This document shows, piece after piece, positions 1 to 11,819 of a stretch of 64,000 nt of DNA; the stretch's first letter is position 1, and the number at the start of each line of letters is the position of its first letter. The translations under genes and the position numbers were made by a program. The DNA is from Blepharisma stoltei ATCC 30299 (lineage: Eukaryota > Protista > Ciliophora). The DNA lies in NCBI GenBank assembly GCA_965603825.1, contig CBFDEM010000014.1, positions 1-64,000 of the forward strand. Reading direction: 5' to 3'. A model generated the notes under the pieces. It ran no database searches. It had not been told where the DNA came from and saw only the letters and a program-made list of their open reading frames with translations.

Positions 1-2787
1 ACACCCTCACGTTAACCCCCCCCCCACCCACCCACCCCCCCACCCCCCCTCCCCCCCACCCCCCCTCCCCCCACCCCCCCTCCCACCCTCCCCCCCACCC
101 CCCCACCCACCCACCCCCCCCCCCCCCTACCCCCCTACCCCCCCACCCACCCACCCCCCACCCCCACCCCCCCACCCCCCCACCCCCCCTACCCACCCCT
201 ACACCCCTCCCCACCCCCACCCCCCCTCACACCCTACACCCCTACACCCCCACCCCCCTACCACCCACCTCCCCACCCCCTCCACCCTACCACCCTACAC
301 CCCTCACCCACCCAACACCCCTAACCACCCTCCAACCCTCCACCCCGACACCCTACACCCTACACCCCCCCTAACCCCCCACACCCTCACACCCTAACAC
401 CCTAACACCCCAACCCCAACACCCTAACACCCTCCACCCTACCACCCTAACACCCTAACCACCCTAACCCCCTAACCACCCTAACCACCCACCCCTAACA
501 CCCTAACCACCCTAACACCCTCACACCCTACACCCCTACCTAACACCCTAACCCCACACCACACCCTAACACCCTAACACCCTACCACCCTACCCACCCT
601 ACCCCCTAACACCCTAACCCCCTAACACCCTAACCCCTAACACCCTAACACCCTAACACCCTAACACCCTAACACCCTAACACCCTAACACCTACCCCCT
701 AACACCCTAACACCCTAACACCCTACCACCCAAACACCCTAACACCCTAACCACCCTAACACCCTACCCCTAACACCCACACCCTAACACCCTAACACCC
801 TAACACCCTAACACCCTAACACCCAACACCCTACCCTAACACCCTAACCCCACCCTACCCTACACCCTAACACCCTAACACCCTACACACCCTAACACCC
901 TAACCCCTAACACCCTAACACCCTAACACCCTAACACCCTAACACCCTAACACCCTAACACCCTAACACCCTAACACCCTAACACCCTAACACCTACCCC
1001 TAACCACCCTAACACCCTAACACCCTAACACCCTAACACCCTAACACCCTAACACCCTAACACCCTAACACCCTAACACCCTAACACCCTAACACCCTAA
1101 CACCCTAACACCCTAACACCCTAACACCCTAACACCCTAACACCCTAACACCCTAACACCCTAACACCCTAACACCCTAACACCCTAACACCCTAACACC
1201 CTAACACCCTAACACCCTAACACCCTAACACCCTAACACCCTAACACCCTAACACCCTAACACCCTAACACCCTAACACCCTAACACCCTAACACCCTAA
1301 CACCCTAACACCCTAACACCCTAACACCCTAACACCCTAACACCCTAACACCCTAACACCCTAACACCCTAACACCCTAACACCCTAACACCCTAACACC
1401 CTAACACCCTAACACCCTAACACCCTAACACCCTAACACCCTAACACCCTAACACCCTAACACCCTAACACACCCTAACACCCTAACACCCTAACACCCT
1501 AACACCCTAACACCCTAACACCCTAACACCCTAACACCCTAACACCCTAACACCCTAACACCCTAACACCCTAACACCCTAACACCCTAACACCCTAACA
1601 CCCTAACACCCTAACACCCTAACACCCTAACACCCTAACACCCTAACACCCTAACACCCTAACACCCTAACACCCTAACACCCTAACACCCTAACACCCT
1701 AACACCCTAACACCCTAACACCCTAACACCCTAACACCCTAACACCCTAACACCCTAACACCCTAACACCCTAACACCCTAACACCCTAACACCCTAACA
1801 CCCTAACACCCTAACACCCTAACACCCTAACACCCTAACACCCCTAACACCCTAACACCCTAACACCCTAACACCCTAACACCCTAACACCCTAACACCC
1901 TAACACCCTAACACCCTAACACCCTAACACCCTAACACCCTAACACCCTAACACCCTAACACCCTAACACCCTAACACCCTAACACCCTAACACCCTAAC
2001 ACCCTAACACCCTAACACCCTAACACCCTAACACCCTAACACCCTAACACCCTAACACCCTAACACCCTAACACCCTAACACCCTAACACCCTAACACCC
2101 TAACACCCTAACACCCTAACACCCTAACACCCTAACACCCTAACACCCTAACACCCTAACACCCTAACACCCTAACACCCTAACACCCTAACACCCTAAC
2201 ACCCTAACACCCTAACACCCTAACACCCTAACACCCTAACACCCTAACACCCTAACACCCTAACACCCTAACACCCTAACACCCTAACACCCTAACACCC
2301 TAACACCCTAACACCCTAACACCCTAACACCCTAACACCCTAACACCCTACACCCTAACACCCTAACACCCTAACACCCTAACACCCTAACACCCTAACA
2401 CCCTAACACCCTAACACCCTAACACCCTAACACCCTAACACCCTAACACCCTAACACCCTAACACCCTAACACCCTAACACCCTAACACCCTAACACCCT
2501 AACACCCTAACACCCTAACACCCTAACACCCTAACACCCCTAACACCCTAACACCCTAACACCCTAACACCCTAACACCCTAACACCCTACACCCTAACA
2601 CCCTAACACCCTAACACCCTAACACCCTAACACCCTAACACCCTAACACCCTAACACCCTAACACCCTAACACCCTAACACCCTAACACCCTAACACCCT
2701 AACACCCTAACACCCTAACACCCTAACACCCTACCCCTAACACCCTAACACCCTAACACCCCTAACACCCTAACACCCTAACACCCT
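1..2787 (+). repeat. Telomere, (CCCTAACA)n; distal ~1 kb degenerate and C-rich
   Basis: Hundreds of tandem CCCTAACA octamers end abruptly at ...ACACCCT|CTTAAATTT. This octamer is the heterotrich (Stentor/Blepharisma) telomere repeat. Confidence 0.98.
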
Positions 2788-3289
2788 CTTAAATTTAGTT
2801 TTATATTTTTAAATTAAATCATTTTTGTGGAATTAATTTTAACTAAAGTTTCTTTTAAAAACTCATAATTTTTTTATTTATTAAGCTCAATTTAATATTT
2901 AAACATATAAAATAATAAGTGTTTTAGGTGCATTTTTATATTTAATTTATAGATATTGAAATATATATTGAAAGCATATTAAAATTACTTTTTTATTTGC
3001 AAATTTTGGAATATTTTAGAATTGCTCTTCTACTAAGTTTTTACAATAAAAATAAGGTTATAAATTTAAAATTTAAGTTTTTTTCTCTCTTTCAGCGAGC
3101 AAAATATTTTTGCTCTCTTATTTTCGTATTTTATATAATTTGCACAGATTAAGCAATAAGTATTTATTTAATCTATATTACCTATAAAGTTTAATAATTA
3201 TAATTTAATTTTCATTTTTCTAACCAAAATACCAAAAAGGACACATAACTTGAATTTTACAGTTTAGTTGTATTTATTTGAGGTTACTT

Positions 3290-3964
3290 GGGAAGGTCCA
3301 AAAAAACTGTCAGATGGCAGTTTATATGTAGGAGAATGGAAAGATAGAGACTAACCTTTAGGAAGAGGCACGATGTATTGTGCAGATAGAGGAATTTCTG
3401 AAGGCAGTTAAAAAGCTGGAAAACTCCATGGTAAAGGCAGAAGGATCAATTCAGTGGGAGATATGCACTTAGGAGAATGGGCTGAAGGGAAAATGAATGG
3501 TAGCGGATGTATGGAATACGCTGCAGGTGATCATATCTTCCATGGGCAATACGCTGCAGGTAATCATATCTACGAAGGAAATTGATTATTGACAAACCGG
3601 AAGGTTTTGGCTCTGAAAAATTGCCAAATGGGTCAAAGTTCGGAGGAAACTACAAGGAAAATTCGAATTCCCTGATGGGAGCTACTTAGAAGGCGGGTTC
3701 GTGAATAACGAATTTTAAGTCACAGGCGAATTCGTGCGGAATGATGGAAGGAAATATAAAGGGGAGTGGAAAAGCAATAGAATGCATGGAAAAGGAAAGC
3801 TTACATGGTCAAATGGAAGATATTATGAAGGAGGTTATGCAATGGACCAAAAAGAAGGATATGGCATTTTTGGCTGGCCTAATGGAAAGAGATATGAAGG
3901 ACTTTGGCTGGATGGGAAACAGCATGAAGAAGGAACACTTTATAATGAGCAGAAAGGCGTTTAG
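3290..3964 (+). pseudogene. Subtelomeric MORN-repeat pseudogene
   Basis: MORN motifs (LYVGEWKD, KLHGKG, YKGEWKSNRMHGKG, YEGLWLDGKQH) are interrupted by in-frame TAA codons (~3352, ~3409, ~3716) and frameshifts that no 15-nt intron removes. Confidence 0.8.
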
Positions 3965-4959
3965 GAAGATGGAAAGATGAGATTAGAAAACTAACTGAAG
4001 TTACTTAAATTCAATTAAAAAAGAAAAAAATAATAGAAGAATCAAACGCAAATTGTAAATTTCTTTTAATTTAAAAAGTGATGGTTTCTATTTTCTCCTT
4101 AAACACGCAATAATACTCTTCAAATAAGTCCGAATTGTGCAATCCACTTTCATTTCTTGATCGATAGACCACCATCATTCGATAAATGATAATGGATAAA
4201 AATATTCTAAAAAGATTATTTATTTATATTAATTTAAAATTTCTATATTAAAAATTTAGAATTAATATAAGCGATTATACGGTGTAATATCTAAGATCAT
4301 CATTATCAAAATATTTAGATGGATTTGAGGTGGTAGGGAGAACGTTTTATGCTTCTGCATAGGAAAATTGTTAATGGAGGAATGGAATTAATTTTTCCGT
4401 TTTGAGGAAATTTTTGGATCAAGGACGGGAATAAGCATAATCTTTGCATAAACTTTTAAAAAATCCTCCCGTTTAATTCAAAGTTACTCATTTTTCATTC
4501 CAAATAAATTTTAAGCAAAAATGTAGGAAGATCAAAAAGCAAAAGTTAAAAATAGTTTTCTTCGAGTTCATACTCAATCAAGCAGTAAAAGATATAGACT
4601 AAAATAGTTAAGTTTTAAATTTAAATTGCAACTTAAGTCATTTACACTATTGTTTAATTTAATTTTTAGACATAACAGATTAGAATAATATATTTTTCTT
4701 TATGTTATTACAATCTATTTTATAAAAACTCAAAACAATGAAGATTAGCTATTACTTGGATATCATATAAACGAAAAAGCCTTCTATATAATATAAAACG
4801 CTCTAAAATAAGATAACATAAAATCTATTTCTCTACAATTTCTAAGTTTTTTACATCAATATAAAATTAATCAATATATATCTATAATTGTATAATAATC
4901 AAGCCATTATCATCCATAGTTGCTGATATCTCCTCATCAGAAGGATTTCCATATATAAA

Positions 4960-7923
4960 ATGGCTGAGGAGATGAAGTCTTCTATTAGCACAATCATTCG
5001 AAATGTGGCCAAAAAAGATCTAAGCGCTCCAATGGCAGCAGGATATGACCACACACAAGTGGAGTCTCACTGGAATACATGGTGGGAATCCCGAAGGTTT
5101 TACAGGGCAAACGAAGAAAGAGCTTTGACACTTCCTCCGAGTCAAAAGTTTGTGATGATGATTCCTCCTCCAAACGTAACTGGCTCTTTACATTTAGGCC
5201 ACGCTCTCACAAGCTCAATTGAAGACGCACTAGCCAGATGGAGCAGGATGCAAGGCAAAGAAACTTTATGGCTCCCTGGAGTTGATCATGCAGGAATCGC
5301 CACCCAAAGTGTTGTCGAAAAACAAATTTTCAAAGAAGAAGGAAAGACCCGCCACGACTACGGCCGAGAAGAATTCACTAACAAGATCTGGCAGTGGAAA
5401 GAGAAGTACGGGAATAGGATCTGTGACCAGTTCCGCAGAATGGGTGTCAGCACAGACTGGAGTAGAATGTGCTTCACCCTTGACGACAAGCTCAGCAAAG
5501 CAGTTGTAGAAGCATTCGTAAGGATGTGGGAAAAAGGTCTAATTTACAGAGCTAACAGACTTGTCAACTGGAGCTGCTACTTGAGAACTGCGATTAGTGA
5601 CTTAGAAGTGGAGTTCGAAGACATCACAGAGAGCACCTGGCTCAAAGTTCCAAACCATGACGGGCTTTACGAGTTTGGTGTAATCCATAGCTTTGATTAC
5701 CAAATTGAGACAGGTGAAAAAATCACAGTAGCTACTACAAGATTGGAGACTATGCTTGGAGATGTAGCTGTCGCTGTTCACCCTGATGATCCAAGGTATA
5801 AGCATCTCATTGGCAAGAAAATTATCCATCCTTTTATCCCTGAGAGAGAAATGAGGGTTGTGGCTGACGCACAGCTTGTTGATATGACTTTTGGGACTGG
5901 AGCCGTCAAAATTACTCCTGCTCATGATTATAGAGATTTTGAGTGCGGAGAACGCAATGGACTGGCAACGATCAACATATTTACTGAAGATGGAAAAATC
6001 AATGAAAACGGAGGGAGGTATGCAGGAATGATGAGGTTTGACTGCCGAAATCAAATAGAAAAGGATCTTGCTGAGCTGGGGCTGTATAAGGAAAAGGCAA
6101 ATAATGCGATGAGATTAGGATTTTGCAGCAGAAGCGGCGATGTTATTGAGCCTTATCTAAAGCCGCAGTGGTATGTCAATTGCAACGATCTTGCTGCTAG
6201 AGCTTGCGAGGCAGTTAGAAATGGAGAGCTCAAAATTTTGCCTGATTTTAATGAAAAAACCTGGTTCAGGTGGCTTGAAAACATTAAAGACTGGTGTATT
6301 TCAAGGCAGCTCTGGTGGGGGCACAGATGTCCAGCATATTTAGTTACTGTAAAAGATGCGAATGGGGAGGTAAAAGTAAGGCCAAGAAATGACTCAAACG
6401 ATAACTGGGTTTGCGCAAGAAACCACGAAGAAGCACTTCAAAAAGCCCAAAAATTCAAAATAGCAGAGACTGATATCATTGAAATTGAGCAAGATGAAGA
6501 TGTCCTTGACACATGGTTTTCCTCAGGCCTGTTCCCATTTTCAACATTAGGATGGCCAAATGTTGAAAATCCAGACTTCAAAGCTTTTTACCCAGGCACA
6601 ATTTTGGAAACTGGACATGACATCCTTTTCTTCTGGGTCGCACGTATGGTCATGATGGGGTTGTGTCTGACTGATAAGCTTCCATTTAACACTGTATACC
6701 TTCATGCTATGATTAGAGATGCAGACGGAGAAAAAATGAGTAAGAGCAAAGGGAACGTTATTGATCCTGAAGAAGTCATCGATGGGACCACATTGGAATC
6801 TCTAATTCAAAAAGTCGAAAACAGCAATCTGTCACAAAAAGATAAAGTAAAATACATTGAAAAAAGGAAAAAAGAATTTCCTGAAGGAATTCCTGCTTGT
6901 GGTAGCGATGCCTTAAGAATTGGTCTGTTATCGTTCACAATCCAAGGCAGAGACATTAACTTGAAGATCTCCAAAGTCATTTCATTTAGACAGTTCATGA
7001 ATAAATTGTGGAATGTGATGAAATTCACTTTATCCAACCTCGGAGAAGGATTCGTCCCAATTGAAGGATTTTTAAACCAAAAGCCAAAAATCTTGGTCAA
7101 CCAGTGGATGGTCAGCCGCTTATCTAATACCATTCAGCTAATCGACACTCATTTCAATAATTACGATTTTGGTGAGGCAGTCCAGGTTCTTTACAGCTAC
7201 TGGCTCCACGAGTTCTGTGACATCTACCTTGAAGCTATAAAGCCTATCATGAGATCTGACGATGCTGAAGCTAAGACAGAAACCCTTAATACCTTATTTT
7301 CTGCAGTTGAAAAAGGTCTGCTGCTCCTCCACCCAATGATCCCATATGTGACTGAAGAGCTATACCAAAGACTCCCTGAGTTTTCTTGGAAGCGAGAAAG
7401 TATTTCAATTGCAGAGTATCCTAAGCCAATTCCAGAGCTAATTGACCCTGAAGTTGAAAGGACAATGGACATCATGATGGAAATCATAAGGACAGCCAGG
7501 TCAATTTTCCAGAACCTGAATCTAGTTGGAAAAAAGCCTAAAATCTACTTGAGGACAAGTCAGGAAATTATTAATTTGATCGAACCACATATCAACACAA
7601 TTGCCACCTTATCCAAGGCAGGAAGTGCGAGCTGCACCACAGAAGTCCCTCATGGCTGCATCATGAACCCTTCAAGAGACGTTGAAGTCTATTTAGAGCT
7701 AGCAGGAATGGTGAATATTGAAGCAGAAGTCAAGAAACTCGCAAAGAAAAGAGATCAGATGCAGAAACTAATAGAAGGGCTCAGGAAGAAAATGTCACTG
7801 CCTCAATATGAAGAAAAGACACCAGAAAATGTGAAAGCTGAGAACAGTAACAAGCTAGCCACGTACAATGAAGAACTGGAAAAGCTTGAACTAGAAATAA
7901 CTCGACTAAAAGAGCTTAGCTAA
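4960..7923 (+). CDS. VARS1: Valyl-tRNA synthetase
   Basis: PPPNVTGSLHLGH (HIGH), KMSKS, DWCISRQLWWGH, GTGAVKITPAHD and a C-terminal coiled coil; 987 aa uninterrupted. Confidence 0.98.
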   Translation: MAEEMKSSISTIIRNVAKKDLSAPMAAGYDHTQVESHWNTWWESRRFYRANEERALTLPPSQKFVMMIPPPNVTGSLHLGHALTSSIEDALARWSRMQGKETLWLPGVDHAGIATQSVVEKQIFKEEGKTRHDYGREEFTNKIWQWKEKYGNRICDQFRRMGVSTDWSRMCFTLDDKLSKAVVEAFVRMWEKGLIYRANRLVNWSCYLRTAISDLEVEFEDITESTWLKVPNHDGLYEFGVIHSFDYQIETGEKITVATTRLETMLGDVAVAVHPDDPRYKHLIGKKIIHPFIPEREMRVVADAQLVDMTFGTGAVKITPAHDYRDFECGERNGLATINIFTEDGKINENGGRYAGMMRFDCRNQIEKDLAELGLYKEKANNAMRLGFCSRSGDVIEPYLKPQWYVNCNDLAARACEAVRNGELKILPDFNEKTWFRWLENIKDWCISRQLWWGHRCPAYLVTVKDANGEVKVRPRNDSNDNWVCARNHEEALQKAQKFKIAETDIIEIEQDEDVLDTWFSSGLFPFSTLGWPNVENPDFKAFYPGTILETGHDILFFWVARMVMMGLCLTDKLPFNTVYLHAMIRDADGEKMSKSKGNVIDPEEVIDGTTLESLIQKVENSNLSQKDKVKYIEKRKKEFPEGIPACGSDALRIGLLSFTIQGRDINLKISKVISFRQFMNKLWNVMKFTLSNLGEGFVPIEGFLNQKPKILVNQWMVSRLSNTIQLIDTHFNNYDFGEAVQVLYSYWLHEFCDIYLEAIKPIMRSDDAEAKTETLNTLFSAVEKGLLLLHPMIPYVTEELYQRLPEFSWKRESISIAEYPKPIPELIDPEVERTMDIMMEIIRTARSIFQNLNLVGKKPKIYLRTSQEIINLIEPHINTIATLSKAGSASCTTEVPHGCIMNPSRDVEVYLELAGMVNIEAEVKKLAKKRDQMQKLIEGLRKKMSLPQYEEKTPENVKAENSNKLATYNEELEKLELEITRLKELS

Positions 7924-8098
7924 ATATTTCTCATATAAAAATTATTTTCTTTCAAAAAATGCTGGCTTCTCTATTTTCTGATAGTTTAAAAAATAGAATG
8001 CAGCCGCTAAGTAATGATTAAATAAACACTTTATTCAAATCTCTAATGGAAATTTCTGATTTTTTTGTAGAGCAGAGGTAATATGCAATAATTATAAA

Positions 8099-8863
8099 AT
8101 GCAATATCCAGGTGCAAACCTTGAAATAAACGATTCGACTTTTGACTTGAAGCAGGCCCCTGACACTGACCGATTAGGTATTTTTTATGAAGGCTTTATT
8201 AGAAAGGTTTACGGGATCCTCAGTGCCCAGCTTTTGGTTACAATCTTGTTCTGTGGGATTGTCATGTCAAGTGAAATCCTAACTGAGTTTGTCCAAAACA
8301 ATCTAGCTTTCTTCTTCATTGCTGTATTTGGAGTTTTTGCCTCAATGATCGCTTTACTCTGTTGCAAAAATGTGGCTCGTGAAGTCCCGAAAAACTACAT
8401 CACGCTTTTCCTATTCGTGAATTTTATTTAGACACTGTGCGAAAGCTATATGGTTGCGACAGTGTGCACTCTTTATGATGCTTATACAGTAATCACAGCT
8501 GCAGTAATGACCCTTGGCGTTACTCTAGTGCTTACTGCCTATGCATGCTTGGTAAAGGATATTTAGACCAAAACAGATTTTAGACCATGTGTGGGGATCA
8601 TGTTCATTGCCCTTTCCTCGATGATTATGATGATGTTCTTTGGCCTTTACCGCATGGGAGATAATTTTGAAGTTGTCTGGTGCTCTCTTGGGGTAATTAT
8701 TTATGGAGTCTACATCATTATAGACACCCAACTCATTGTGGACGGAGAAAAGTATGGAATCACCTCTGACGACTACGTTATTGGAGCAATGCTTATATAT
8801 GTAGACGTTATTGCGCTGTTTTTAAGAATCCTCGAATTGATTGGAAAGCTCAAAGAGAATTAA
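8099..8863 (+). CDS. Bax inhibitor-1/TMBIM (lifeguard-like) membrane protein; exons 8099-8416, 8432-8551, 8567-8863
   Basis: FIRKVYGILSAQL and YIIIDTQLI...DDYVIGAMLIYVDV motifs; two 15-nt introns restore one frame. Confidence 0.92.
8417..8431 (+). other. 15-nt spliceosomal intron GTGAATTTTATTTAG
   Basis: GT..TAG, A at position 10; removes an in-frame TAG. Confidence 0.9.
8552..8566 (+). other. 15-nt intron GTAAAGGATATTTAG
   Basis: GT..TAG, A at position 10; removes an in-frame TAG and gives YACL-TKTDF. Confidence 0.9.
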
Positions 8864-8884
8864 ATTAGTAGAATTATAGAAAAA

Positions 8885-10711
8885 TTAGATTTTATAAGTA
8901 TTCCATTCATTGCTTGCTATGTTATAAGAAATTACGCATTTTTCTTTGTTTATTGAGAACAGCAAATGCCCTCGCCTGATAATATGTAGCCAAAAGAAAA
9001 GTCAAGATGAAGTAGTTATTATAGGAGTGCAGCTGTGAAATTCTTCAGAATTTATGTCATATAAATAAGACACCCTGTGAGGCTCATCTGAGGGTCCTTC
9101 TCCTCCGAAAATCAGGATTTTATTATTACTTATGCCGTAGCAGCCATGCTGCCACAGTCTTTCAGGCAGCAAAACTGCGAGTAAAGTCCATGTGTCCTGG
9201 CTAATATCATACATTTCTACTGTGTTATTGACTGTCTGCTGGTAACCCCCAAATATATAAATTTTTTTCCCCACACTGGCTCCTCCTGGACAGGTTCGTC
9301 CTAAATTTATATTTTGAATTGAATTTCATGTCATTGTAGACAAGTTTAATGCTTCGCATTGTGTTGCAGTCAAATTATTTTCATTTTTCCCTGAAATTAC
9401 ATAGACAATCCCATCCACAAGCAGACTTACGTGGGATGAATGCCCATTAATCATAGAAGGAGCTGCATATGTAGATCCGGTTGCAGGGTCTAGGAAAAAT
9501 GCAGTTTGTTTGGCACCGCTATTTTTCCTTGCCTTTCCACCCATAATCAAGACATAGTCGTTAGGCAGCTGGACAAAGCAAGATCACCTTGGGACTTCCA
9601 AAGTTGTGTCTTGGATCATTTTCTTTTGAAACTCATTTTTTCTGAAATCATACACAAAATAGTCACGACTTCCTCGAATTAAATAGAAAAGCTGGGAAGA
9701 TTCAATAGTTTTAGGGCTGTTTAGTTCGAGGAAGGACAGTGAGTCATAGACTCCGTTCAATGTTGGCCCCTTAGGCATGTGGAATAAAACATCTTGTGGG
9801 AAATTTTTATAAAACTGAGCAGATAGCTTAGAAATTTTGTGGGCTTGGCTTATAAGGTCTAAATTATCATTAAATCGATACAGATTGGGGATCAGTTTTT
9901 CGACCTGCTCAATTAAATTTAAATTTGTTTCTAGATATGATTTCATAATTTTTGAATTTTTTTTCCAGTCACTGATTTCATCTTGCCCTGACTCTTTTTG
10001 AGGACTTAAAATTCCATCACTTTCATCATTAGACTCTGCTTGGTTTAACTCAACTAGCACAGATCTTTTAGCACTTTCAACTCTTTTCTCTAATAATGGA
10101 ATCAGTTTTTTAGTTTCAATTGCAGCTGCAGCGAGTTTAGTTCGTGCAAGCTCTTTTGTGTATATTGAGTGGCCTGCATGAACACTGGGATTTTGAGCAC
10201 AAACTGTGCAGCAGCTGATTTTATCGTCCATGCAAAACAAATCCTCATCAAGATTATGCTCAATGCAAGTCCTACTATCTTCATTAGCATTGGACCTAAT
10301 TATATGATCTGAATACATTTCATCTGAAATATGAGCTTCTGCACAACCAGAGCACAGCATCACCTTGCAATTGTTACACATATTACAGTAAATTTCTGAA
10401 TTCCCACAAGCTTGACATTTATTTGTGGTAGAGTTTTGTAGAGACTCGCTGCTATGTAAGATTGCTTGAACAATTTGGTTTCTCGGAAGGCAATTGGAAG
10501 AAAAAGACTTGAGAAAAGTGCACTTCCGGCAGACTGGACAGATGAAAATTTTCGACTATTTATTGATCACCTCTTTTTCTTGCAAACAGTTTACTTCTAT
10601 AATTTCATAGGCGCACTCAAAGCAAAGATTGTGAGCGCAGTTAAGAATGACAGGATCTTGGAGAGCTGCCAAGCACACAGGACAAACGCATGCGTCGTTT
10701 AAGTTTGCCAT
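8885..10711 (-). CDS. RING - B-box - coiled-coil - Kelch protein (TRIM-like E3 ligase); intron 10556-10570; TGA=Trp at 9584, 9326, 9002
   Basis: CPVC..NCAHNLCFEC..CPVC RING; CNMCNNC..LCSGCAEAH and CIEH..FC..CCTVC..HAGH B-boxes; Kelch repeats (IYIFGG, ILIFGG, DTWT). Confidence 0.85.
10556..10570 (-). other. 15-nt intron GTGATCAATAAATAG
   Basis: Removes an in-frame TAG inside the RING domain. Confidence 0.88.
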
Positions 10712-10925
10712 TTTAAAATGCCTTTCAGTCTATCCTGATATTAATATTTTAGAATATATTGCATTTTCTTAGGATTGGATGGTATAAATGATAAGAATAG
10801 GCTTAAAAGACTGAATTTTATAGGAGAGAACAGAGTTTATTTATTAAGCCATAAAAAATTATTATGACTACTGAATTTATTGGGCCAGCCTTATAGCAAT
10901 AATGAATTAGCTTACTATAAATTTA

Positions 10926-11819
10926 ATGACCACTATAATTGCTCAGCAGTACTTGTCAGAATTTGGCGCAAAGGATAAAGATACAAAAATGCTGAAGAAG
11001 AGCTTATCATTGAAAAAGGCAAGGACTCTGACCGCAGCTGAGGAAACAACTCATAAGCCTCCAGACTCTTTTCAAAAATCTATAAGGTATACTATCCCCC
11101 TGCCTGTGATTGAGGAGCCAGTCGAATGCTTTCCGACTGAAAACTTGATTGGAAGCAAAGCCAAAGTAAGAATTAATGTGAGATCAGTATCAGGGTCAAA
11201 GCGAAAATTCAAAAAGTCAAATAACCCGCAGTCACCAGCCACAATCTCCACAATGAGCTCTAAGTCACCCATAGTTGGGTCGCTAAACAATTTTTCTGCC
11301 CAAGTGGAAATTTTTATCAAGGATTTTAAAACACAGGAAAATAAAAATGCTCAGAATGTTAAGCCAGTCACCAGGTCGATGAAGCTTATCAGGCCAAATA
11401 AAAGGACTGAGTTTGAAGAAGAGGACATATCTGAGGCTGACTTAAAGTCATTTTTCTATTCTCCTAGAAATGACGAAATTCAAGTAGCTGAAAGATTCAT
11501 GCCAGAAACTGCTAATAGGCTGCGGTCACAGATTCCTAGAAATAAAAAAACCCGAGCTTTAACACTAAAAAGCTTATCCCCTAAGCCAGATGAAAGAAAG
11601 CCTAATGATATCAGAAGAAGCAACCAGCGTGCTCAAACATTTATTCCGTCAGTTGCACTGACTAACAGTGCAGCTGCCGAAAAGAGCGCGCATTGCGATT
11701 TTTCTCAGATTAAGGATATAAAACTGGACAGGAAACGGAAATCCAAAACCGACTTAAAATGGAGGTGGAAAGGAGTCCATGAGAAAATAAACCTAATTAA
11801 TGCTTGATACAACAGTTAA
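10926..11819 (+). CDS. Hypothetical basic low-complexity protein (TGA at 11805 read as Trp; stop TAA 11817-11819)
   Basis: Long ORF with an AT-rich start context; no recognisable domain. Confidence 0.75.

Noticed and set aside
1-1000. C-rich degenerate repeats as a novel telomere variant or CRISPR-like array
   Set aside because: Quality decays progressively towards the contig end, as expected for low-coverage consensus, and there are no unique spacers.
5282-7487. Alternative-frame and antisense ORFs within ValRS (and similar ones in other genes)
   Set aside because: These are shadow ORFs of real CDSs with no recognisable motifs.
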